DNA of 7,888 bases. Source: Octopus sinensis (Eukaryota). A model generated the notes under the pieces. The model was given only the letters and a program-made list of their open reading frames with translations, was not told the origin of the DNA and made no database searches. Where the stretch lies: positions 1-7,888 of the forward strand of contig NW_021828652.1 of NCBI RefSeq assembly GCF_006345805.1. The letters run 5' to 3'. Shown in pieces: positions 1-7,024 of the stretch. The stretch's first letter is position 1, and each line of letters opens with the position of its first letter. The position numbers were made by a program, and so were the translations under genes.

Positions 1-47
1 GTGTGTGTTGTGTGTGGTGTGTGTGTGGTGTGGTGTGTGTGTGTGTA
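1..47. repeat. Imperfect (GT)n/(GTG) microsatellite, cut by the window edge
   Basis: Direct reading: gtgtgtgttgtgtgtggtgt... Confidence 0.95.
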
Positions 48-53
48 TACCAC

Positions 54-153
54 TATAAAAAAGGACTAAAAAAATTATTTCAATGCCAATATGCTGATAC
101 CAGACTTTTAAATCGTCTGGCAATGAAATAATTTTCTTTAGCCCTTTTTTATA
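54..153. repeat. Long inverted repeat / fold-back (35- and 36-nt arms, 29-nt loop)
   Basis: 54-88 pairs with 118-153 at 33 of 35 positions. Mismatches are A83:A123 and A65:C142, with C136 bulged. An inner mini-stem CCAGAC (100-105)/GTCTGG (115-120) overlaps the right arm. Confidence 0.9.
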
Positions 154-269
154 AGTTGTTTATAATTTTAACCTTTAAAGGTATTTTAATATGCTGCCAC
201 ATGTTTTGATGGAATTTTTTTCTGTAAAAAAACTTCATCCTATATTAGTATATACATATGTGTGTGTGA

Positions 270-410
270 CCTTCTATCAAATCTACTCACAAGGCTTTGA
301 TCGGTCGAGAGTAATATTAGAAGACGCTTGGCCAAGTCGCCATGCAACGGAAGCGAACCCGGAACTACATGGTAGGGAACCAAACTTCTTACCACGCAGC
401 CAGGCCTGCA
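270..410 (-). mobile_element. Degenerate head-only copy of the tRNA/CORE-like SINE (family 1)
   Basis: Aligns by eye with 1733-1898 and 4995-5153 (ctactcacaaggcttt...agaagacgcttggccaag...gaacccggaac...cttaccacgcagcc), with many substitutions. Confidence 0.85.
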
Positions 411-781
411 TCACACCCTCTGCCTTCATTTAATTTACCAATGCTATGACGGCCAAAATATTTGTGTAGAGTCCATTGTAACATTTAGTATGTAGCTTAT
501 TCTAACAATATCAAAAATTCTCCTGTCACATTAATCTAATAATATGACAACGTTCCTGACAGTTGAGTCCGCTAAATTATTCAAATCTTTGCTTTGCGTC
601 AAAGTGACAATTTTGGAACAGAATTTTGTACAATGAATTCTGCTACATAATAAAATAGGTTAATTATGCTTCGCAATAAAATGGTGCTGTAGTAACCACA
701 CTGCAGTCTACCGGAAGCAGATTAGATGAAGATAATCTACAGGGAACCCTAACCTCACCAGTAGCAGTCATACATCTAATT

Positions 782-1356
782 CAGGGGTCCTCAACTATTT
801 TTAACCTACGGACCCCCTTTGATTACGATTTTGTATGTGTGGACCCCTTACATACTTGCTTGTATTTGTGACGGTATTCACCCATGGCGGGTTGAGCCGG
901 CTTCTTCTCTGGTCCTAGCGGCATCACGAACCATGGCGGCCCACGCTCAATGGTCCTGTGCGAGGTCACTGGAGATAGCGAGCCATTCGCGGTTCCATCT
1001 GCGCAGACCGACCACCTGCGGACCTGAGAGTTCGGAGATGTCCTCATTTATCGTCGTTGCCCAGGTTTTCAGCTGCTCGCTCTTGCGTTTGCGCCAGCTG
1101 GGAAGTGGAGGTGGGATGAGGGCATCGCGAATAGCTATTCAACATTTAAACAAATCCTATTGTATTTTTTTAATTAAATATTATCAAGAATTAGATCAAA
1201 GCCGTTATTTTGTGTATAGTGGACGTATAACGAATGGATTACACATAGATTTTACTGGTCTGGCGCACAGCCTTTTTCCTGGCCCCTGAAAAATTACCGT
1301 GGCCCCTCAATTTACTATATTGTATCCGTGGACTCCAAAAATATTATATGGACACC
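782..1356. mobile_element. hAT (Charlie/Buster-like) non-autonomous DNA transposon; right TIR lost; interrupted by an RTE fragment
   Basis: Starts CAGGGGTCCTCAAC, a typical hAT-Charlie terminus. It is preceded by ATCTAATT (774-781), with TA at positions 4-5 as in Charlie/Buster 8-bp targets. Subterminal GGACCCC/GGCCCC-like motifs at 810, 841, 1281, 1301, 1330 and 1350. No matching right TIR or second TSD is seen. Confidence 0.6.
853..1132 (-). mobile_element. 5'-truncated RTE-clade LINE: ORF C-terminus, short 3' UTR and CAAGTA-like tail
   Basis: Minus frame 1132->878 reads IRDALIPPPLPSWRKRKSEQLKTWATTINEDISELSGPQVVGLRRWNREWLAISSDLAQDH*AWAAMVRDAARTREEAGSTRHG*. This matches the RTE C-terminal pattern W-R/K..KTW..I.EDL....W...AQD...W. 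There is an in-frame TGA at 947-949 and a terminal TGA at 878-880, then tail ...CAAATACAAGCAAGTA. The segment is GC-rich against AT-rich flanks. The ORF track missed it because of the internal stop and the lack of a start codon. Confidence 0.85.
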
Positions 1357-1440
1357 AGCATTAATTGTCAAGCGATGATGAGGGGACAAACACCCTCAAT
1401 AAATAAACACGCACACTCACAGACGCACATGCACATATAT
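1353..1440 (-). mobile_element. Internal fragment of family-1 SINE (body next to the internal CA/TA tract)
   Basis: caccagcat..ttgtcaagcgatg..ggggacaaacac matches 1597-1635 and 4908-4950. Confidence 0.8.
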
Positions 1441-1670
1441 TCTTTCATTCTTATACTTGTTTCAGTAATTTGTCTGCGGCCATGCTGGAGCACCGCCTTT
1501 AGTCGAGCAAATCGACCCCAGGACTTATTCTTTGTAAACCCAGTACTTATTCTATCGGGATCTTTTGCCTAATCATTAAGTTATGGGGACGTAAACACCA
1601 GTACCGTTGTCAAGCGATATTGAGGGGACAAACACACACACAAACAAACATCACACAATACTATACATAC

Positions 1671-1705
<35 letters not shown>

Positions 1706-1898
1706 ATATATATAATATATATATATATATATACGACAGGCTTCTTTCGTTTCCGTCTACCAAATCCACTCACAATTTTTGGTCGGTCGGCCCGAAGTAT
1801 AGTAGAAGACACTTGCCCAAGTTGCCACGCAGTGAGACTGAACCCGGAACCATGTGGTTGGGAAACAAGGTACTTACCACACAGCCACTCCTGCGCCT
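1441..1898 (-). mobile_element. Full-length family-1 SINE (tRNA-derived head, CORE-like block, internal microsatellite, body, pyrimidine tail)
   Basis: Minus-strand A box TGGCTGTGTGG (1877-1887) and B box GGTTCAGTCTC (1834-1844). TTGGGCAAGTGTCTT resembles the CORE motif TTGGGCAAGTCACTT. Internal (CA/TACA/TA)n runs about 1632-1732. Possible low-complexity TSD CACATATAT at 1432-1440 and 1902-1910. Resembles octopus OR-type SINEs (from memory). Confidence 0.92.
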
Positions 1899-1953
1899 AT
1901 ACACATATATACATACACATACCCCATATATATATTTATATATATATATATAT
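1899..1953. repeat. Imperfect (TA/CA)n microsatellite
   Basis: Direct reading. Confidence 0.9.
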
Positions 1954-2081
1954 CTTGAGATATCTTCCTGGGGCTACAAACTATAGTCATCCATCCTTAT
2001 GGGTTAGCCATATTCAAATGGCAAATATGCACACGATGTGTTCCGAGCACTGTTTATAACTCGCTCTGAGATTTATCATTG

Positions 2082-2083
<2 letters not shown>

Positions 2084-2123
<40 letters not shown>

Positions 2124-2253
2124 GATGGGCTTCTTTCAGTTTCCATCTACCAATCTACTCACAAGGCATTGGTCGGCCCGAGGATATAGTAGAAGACACT
2201 TGCCCAAGTTGCCACGCAGTGGGACTGAACCCAGGACCATGTGATCAGGAAGC
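2084..2253 (-). mobile_element. (TA)n plus head-only family-1 SINE, lacking the A box
   Basis: (TA)n at 2084-2122, then acgatgggcttctttcagtttcc...gggactgaacccaggaccatgtg matching 4995-5120. Similarity stops near 2253. Confidence 0.9.
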
Positions 2254-2678
2254 ATCTCCAACGCATTAATTCCTAAGGTTACACTTAACATAAACTAGCA
2301 GATCAACAATAACAGGGAAGCCTCTATTTTTGAATTTCTCTAGTAATTCTTTATTTGTTTCTTCACCGAAATTAGACCGTCGTTATGGTAATGGTTTCCT
2401 GATAGTTATGATTAGAATAAATATAAATTGGTCCAATATGGCAGCCGTATCGATTTTTCAGGTTTTGGTCATAAAACATTAATAGAAATTCTATTTCCTT
2501 AACAAACTTATAAAGTTAGTATTTCCGAAATAAATTCCCATAAATTTCTGTATATTCTATATGTTTTTGCATAGAAATGTATATAAATTCTAAATTATAA
2601 ATGAATTTATGAAGATGCTATTTGCGAAATATATTTGTATAAATTTCAGACGTCAAATAAATAAATAAATTACAGCAC

Positions 2679-2738
<60 letters not shown>

Positions 2739-2750
2739 GTTATTGTTATT
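2679..2750. repeat. (TTA)n trinucleotide microsatellite
   Basis: About 20 perfect TTA units followed by TTG variants. Confidence 0.97.
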
Positions 2751-3138
2751 TGTCAAAATAAATCTATATTGATGACATTCTTTGAAATCAGGAAATCAAA
2801 GAGATATAACAGAAGTTACCAAAATTCCATTTTGGAAATAACAAACATTTCGCAGCTTTTCTGTTGCTAATTCGATATTTTCCTGAATTTCTGTTAATTA
2901 ATTTTATCGGAGTTTTACTCCCTATGATTTGTGTTTTGATTACAAACGTCAAGAGGGAGATTTTACCTACTAATTACGTAGATAGGCTCAGCTAATCGAT
3001 GTCATTCCATATGCTGAATATATGAGTATTTGCCGTATTTCTGTTTATTGTGCAGAGCGCTCGCTTTTGTTGTCTCTTCCTTACACGCGTACACGTTCGC
3101 ATAAATGCGTTTACGCACAGAAAAGATTGTACAAATAT

Positions 3139-3154
3139 GTATATGCATATATAT

Positions 3155-3213
<59 letters not shown>

Positions 3214-3217
3214 TATA
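3139..3217. repeat. (TA)n microsatellite
   Basis: Direct reading. Abuts hammerhead element 1. Confidence 0.97.
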
Positions 3218-3472
3218 AAGTTAATCCAAACAAGAAAACAAAAAAGACAACACGCAAAGAGGTGGAACAGTAAAATATTATTATTAGGCGCTCAGGAAAA
3301 AAGAGAAGGAGGCATGACGTTTCGAGCGGAGCTCTTCGTCGGAAACATAAGAGAAAGAAGATCCCGAGGTGGGAGGACAGAGTGGAAAAAAACGCAGGTG
3401 TCTTCACGAGGTAAACATACTGAAAGGCGGAGTCGTAGACGAGAGGACAGGTTTTCAAGACAGGAGAGCGTA
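3218..3472 (-). mobile_element. Short (TA)n-embedded element carrying a hammerhead motif (Penelope-like/retrozyme-like, copy 1)
   Basis: Flanked on both sides by TA runs (3139-3217 and ~3473-3527). Contains the hammerhead-like core at 3312-3346. Shares CTCAGGAA and AAAACAAAAA(A)GAC with the element at 7390-7562. Confidence 0.65.
3312..3346 (-). ncRNA. Minimal type-I hammerhead ribozyme-like motif, degenerate (U4C core, weak stem I)
   Basis: Minus strand: GUUU-CCGACGA-A-GAGC(UCC)GCUC-GAAA-C-GU-C|AUGC. Stem II is GAGC/GCUC and stem III is the palindrome ACGU. Predicted GUC cleavage lies between 3316 and 3315. Stem I pairs only 3 of 4. Confidence 0.65.
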
Positions 3473-3488
3473 AATATAGAATAATATA

Positions 3489-3527
<39 letters not shown>
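3473..3527. repeat. Imperfect (TA)n microsatellite
   Basis: Direct reading. Confidence 0.9.
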
Positions 3528-3528
<1 letters not shown>

Positions 3529-3732
3529 TAATATTCGATATACATAATATACTCCAACAAGAATGACTCCGGTAATTTGGTACAATTGTTTCGCACTACA
3601 ATATTTTATTAAAAGTTGTAAGAATAACGCAGATTTAAGATGCTGATTGCTCTTCAGCCAATTATAGAGTTTTTCAATAATATAAAACCTTTCAAATCAA
3701 GTAGTACATTTTAGAGAAGGTAGATATACAGA

Positions 3733-3872
3733 TAAAGATGTAGATTTAAATTTTAAGAGTTTAAATTTTAAATTAAACTATAGTTGTATCAGTCAGATAC
3801 ACCATAGTTTTTGGTCATTAGCGACTGAACTTCACAACCTCATATGTTCTTAAAATTTAATCTACATCTTTA
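3733..3872. repeat. Inverted repeat pair (26/25 nt) around an 89-nt spacer containing a second hairpin; MITE-like
   Basis: TAAAGATGTAGATTTAAATTTTAAGA (3733-3758) is the reverse complement of 3848-3872 apart from one extra T. An inner hairpin spans 3775-3810. Confidence 0.75.
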
Positions 3873-3917
3873 ATTAATTCGTACCATATTCATTTGAATC
3901 AAAATTGGTGCTGATCT

Positions 3918-3922
3918 TATAT

Positions 3923-3955
<33 letters not shown>
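3918..3955. repeat. (TA)n microsatellite
   Basis: Direct reading. Confidence 0.95.
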
Positions 3956-3957
<2 letters not shown>

Positions 3958-4134
3958 TGATTTGGGTACAGAAAATTCAGGTGAGTACTTGATAATTGTA
4001 AGCACCTGTATATCCGTTTGGTTGTGTAGGTGGTGGAGTAAATTAATCAAAATAAAAACATGATTGTTATAATCCGTCTAATAAAGGCCCGAAACATATC
4101 CGTACCCGCTGAATCCTTGCGATGTTTTTATTTT

Positions 4135-4139
4135 TATAA

Positions 4140-4193
<54 letters not shown>

Positions 4194-4215
4194 GTATGTG
4201 TATGTATGCATGCAT
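4135..4215. repeat. (TA)n/(TATG)n compound microsatellite
   Basis: Direct reading. Lies at the 3' end of the family-2 SINE. Confidence 0.95.
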
Positions 4216-4224
4216 GTCATGATT

Positions 4225-4433
4225 CAGTTTTATTTCAAGGCCAGCAATTTCGGGTAAAGGAGTAAGTCGATTACATCGACCCACAATGTACAACTGGTAC
4301 TTACTTTATCGTACCTGAAAGGAAGAAAGGCAATGTTGGCCTTGGCGGAATTTGAACTCAGGACTTAACGACGGCCAAAATGCTGCCAAACACTATGGCC
4401 AGCGTGCTAACGATTCGGCTACCTCACTGCCTT
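4225..4433 (-). mobile_element. Family-2 tRNA-derived SINE (different head; central block resembles the Meta-type domain)
   Basis: Minus-strand A-box-like TAGCCGAATCG (4411-4421) and B-box-like GTTCAAATTCC (4347-4357). These are followed by GCCTTTCTTCCTTTCAGGTACGATAAAGTAAGTACCAG and a GTCGA-N5-TCGAC hairpin (4266-4280). The domain name is from memory and unverified. Confidence 0.8.
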
Positions 4434-4732
4434 AAATAAATTCATGATATTAATCTCGAATTTTCGTAATTTTAAATAATCATTTCGAAAACTAATTTAA
4501 ATTGTTCGCTGTTTGTTTAATGGTCGTTATAGTTGTTCCTTTCACGTATTCGATCAAACAGATTTGGTCATAAATACAAAGTTCGGATTTCTTTATCAAG
4601 TTTTATGTTGGCCAGGTTAAAGGTTACCGTAAAAAAAACAAAGCAGAATCGGAAGCGAAACGAAATAACAACGAAAGCACTAAAAAAAATGAAACCATAG
4701 CAACATAATTCTTACAGACAACGCTGGTTATA

Positions 4733-5153
4733 TACTCTTTACTCTTTACTCTTTACTCTTTTGCTTGTTTCAGTCATTTGACTGCGGCCATGCTGGAGCA
4801 CCGCCTATAATCGAGCAACTCGATCCCGGGACTTATTCTTTGTAAGCCCAGTATTTATTCTATCGGTCTCTTTTTGCCGAACCGCTAGGTGACGGGGGAC
4901 ATAAACACACCAGCATCAGTTGTCAAGCAATGCTAGTGGGACAAACACAGACACACAAGCACACATACATACATATACATATATATACATATATACGACG
5001 GGCTTCTTTCAGTTTCCGCCTACCAAATCCACTCACAAGGCTTTGGTCGGCCCGAGGCTATAGTAGAAGACACTTGCCCAAGGTGCCACGCAGTGGGACT
5101 GAACCCGGAACCATGTGGTTGGTAAACAAGCTACTTACCACACAGCCACTCCT
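4733..5153 (-). mobile_element. Near full-length family-1 SINE with intact-looking Pol III boxes and (AAGAGTA)4 tail
   Basis: A box TGGCTGTGTGG (5138-5148), B box GGTTCAGTCCC (5095-5105), and (TACTCTT)x4 at 4733-4760. Internal CA/TA tract at ~4942-4995. Colinear with 1441-1898. Confidence 0.95.
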
Positions 5154-5390
5154 TTTTCCTTGTTTCAGTTATTTGACTGCGGCCATGCCGGAGCACGGCC
5201 ATGAAGGGTTTTTTTTTTTAGTCGAACAAATCGCTCCCAGAACTTATTCTTTGTAAGCCTAGTACTTATTCTATCAATCCCTTTTGCCGAACCGCTAATG
5301 TTACGTGGACGTAAACGTACCAACATCGGTTGTCAAGTGATGGCGGTGGGGAGGACAAGCACAGACACGCACACACGAATATATACATAT
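5154..5390 (-). mobile_element. 5'-truncated family-1 SINE (body only, ends in the internal microsatellite), head-to-tail with its neighbours
   Basis: ttgtttcagttatttgactgcggccatg...gttgtcaagtgatg...acagacacgcacac. Carries an extra gaagggt(t)n segment at ~5203-5219. Confidence 0.92.
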
Positions 5391-5572
5391 TTTTTTATTC
5401 TTTTACTGGTTTCAGTCATTTGACTACGGCCATGCTGGAGCACCACCTTTAGTCGAACGGATCGGCTCCAGGACTTATTCTTTGTAAGCCTAGTACTTAT
5501 TCTATCGATTTCTTTTGCCGAACCGCTAAGTTATGGGGACGTAAACTACCAACATCGGTTGTCAAGTGATGG
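5391..5572 (-). mobile_element. 5'-truncated family-1 SINE (body only)
   Basis: ggtttcagtcatttgactacggccatgctggagcacc...catcggttgtcaagtgatgg. Similarity ends abruptly at the 5576-5607 hairpin. Confidence 0.92.
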
Positions 5573-5575
5573 TCA

Positions 5576-5607
5576 CGTGACTATAAGACACATGTCTTAT
5601 AGTCGCG
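5576..5607. repeat. Near-perfect hairpin (12-bp perfect core, 15 bp with one G.T) overlapping a 10-bp palindrome
   Basis: GACTATAAGACA (5579-5590)-CA-TGTCTTATAGTC (5593-5604). The palindrome GTCACGTGAC lies at 5572-5581. Confidence 0.9.
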
Positions 5608-5836
5608 AATCTGTTTTTACCATCCGCGTCTCCAGGTGACGCTATTCACACGATGTTAACAGTTAAGTGCGGCTGCCCATTCAAGTGTGCGTGTGACGCT
5701 TAAGACCAGGAATATACTCAGACATGCAATTGGGTTTCAGCACGGTTTCCTTCTACCAAATTTTGCCCGTACGTAAGTCTTCGGTCGTCCTGAAGATACA
5801 AGACGATACTGCCGTCCAGTGAGATCGAACCCAAAC
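5600..5836 (-). mobile_element. Diverged SINE with a family-1-like head but a different body; possible 12-bp TSD
   Basis: 5744-5836 resembles the family-1 head (gtttcc.tctaccaaa; ggtcg.cc.ga; cagtg.ga..gaaccc) with B box GGTTCGATCTC (5821-5831, minus). ACACATGTCTTA is repeated exactly at 5588-5599 and 5837-5848. Assigning 5600-5743 to the element is inference. Confidence 0.55.
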
Positions 5837-5899
5837 ACACATGTCTTACAAAGAGAACTCCTCAGACACACAAGCATGCCTAGTGTACGCGTATGAAAG

Positions 5900-6453
5900 T
5901 CTTTCTCTCCCCTTCTCTCTCTCCTTCTCTCTACCCCTCCCCTTTCTCTCCCATTCTCTCCTCTATCTCCTCCACTCCCTCTCTCCCCTTCTGCCTCTCT
6001 CTCTCTATCTGCCCATATCTCTCTCTCTTCCCTTCCCTCTCTCTGCCCTTCTGTCTCTCTCTTTCTCTCTCTCCCCTTCTTTGTCTTTCTCTCTCTCTCC
6101 TTCTTTGTCTTTCTCTCTCTCTCCTTCTTTGTCTTTCTCTCTCTCTCTTTCTTTGTCTTTCTCTCTCTCCCCTTCTCTTTACCCCTCCCTCTTTTTCTTC
6201 CATTCTCTCTATGTCCCCTTCTCCCTCTCTCCCTCTATACCCTTCTCTCTGTCTGCCCTTCTTTCTCTCTCTTCCTCTCTCTCTCTCTTCCTCTCCTCTC
6301 TCTCTCTCTGCCCTTCTGTTTCTCTCCTTCTCTCTTTCCTTCTCTGTCTGTCTCTCTCTCTGTCCTCTCTCTGTCTCTCTCTTTCTCTCTCCTTCCCTGT
6401 CTGTCTGTCTCTCTCTCCCCCCTCTCTCTCTCCCTCTCTCTTTCTCTCTCTCT
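5900..6453. repeat. ~550-bp (CT)-rich polypyrimidine/polypurine tract with an embedded 24-bp minisatellite
   Basis: The plus strand is overwhelmingly C/T. The unit CTCTCTCTCTCCTTCTTTGTCTTT recurs, with GTCTTT at 6083, 6107, 6131 and 6155 (period 24). Confidence 0.97.
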
Positions 6454-7024
6454 AACCAATTTATTTCATATTAGCTAAGCACCATTTCAAACTGCTACCG
6501 ACATTTCATCAGAATTTATCGATTCATAATTTAATGTAACTTTAATATTATTTGTAGCAAATTCCTTCGCTTCCAACTTTATTCCCTTCTCTGTCTTTCT
6601 TTCATTTCGTTCAACCAGTTCTGCTATCGAAATCTCTGATTAGTTTCAAAGAACAAAGGCTGCTTTTATTTCTTTCGTGTTTCAACAATAAAACTTTACC
6701 CTCACATTTCTTTAGACCGCCATATCTCATTCTTCCCCCATGCGTCACCAACCCTCATTGCGATCTAAGGTCTTAATAAAATGTTCTCAGAACATTTCAT
6801 AAATTTCTCTGTCTTCAAAATTATCGTTTTGTAATAATTTTTTTTTTATATTTCCGTGCAGCAATTCCATTTACCATTCTGCTCCAAGGAATCAAACGCT
6901 TTTTGTTACTCTTTTATTACCAGATAATTCCTGAAAATTTCCAATCACCGTTGGCAGTGATTATTTATGGAGTTACGAAGATAAACGGGCGGAAAACAAC
7001 TTCATATATTATTTGCTTTAACAG

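Noticed and set aside
819-1289. 156-aa plus-strand ORF and 74-aa minus-strand ORF (823-1047)
   Set aside because: These are antisense and off-frame shadows of the GC-rich RTE fragment. The meaningful frame is minus 1132->878.
1830-1898. tRNA-like A/B boxes (also 5090-5153 and 4345-4433)
   Set aside because: They are SINE heads continuing into SINE bodies, and I could not build a complete cloverleaf, so they are not tRNA genes.
1581-2059. ORFs with YIYIYI runs (also 3022-3596, 4060-4293, 7206-7455)
   Set aside because: These are read-throughs of (TA)n microsatellites and SINE sequence.
3030-3140. Acceptor-like CTGTTTATTGTGCAG followed by an open frame
   Set aside because: There is no convincing donor before the (TA)n run and the peptide is not protein-like.
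3640-3662. Minus-strand CTGAAGAG (and plus-strand CTGAAGA at 5791 and 7861)
   Set aside because: There is no stem II followed by GAAA and a cleavage triplet, so these are isolated heptamer matches.
4072-4105. Plus-strand CTAATAA-A-GGCCC-GAAAC, hammerhead-like
   Set aside because: It has two core G->A changes, no room for a stem II loop and no stem I, because the flanks are a direct TCCGT repeat.
2464-4572. TTTGGTCAT recurring three times (~2464, ~3809, ~4563)
   Set aside because: It is a short AT-rich word with no shared flanks, compatible with chance.
4930-5256. 108-aa ORF (also 191-433 and 1348-1572)
   Set aside because: It lies wholly or largely in antisense SINE sequence.
6065-6178. 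Regularly spaced repeats as a possible CRISPR array
   Set aside because: They are contiguous low-complexity tandem units with no unique spacers, in a eukaryotic context.
5841-6474. Long ORFs on both strands (S/L/P-rich and E/R-rich)
   Set aside because: These are translations of the CT tract, which lacks stop codons by composition.
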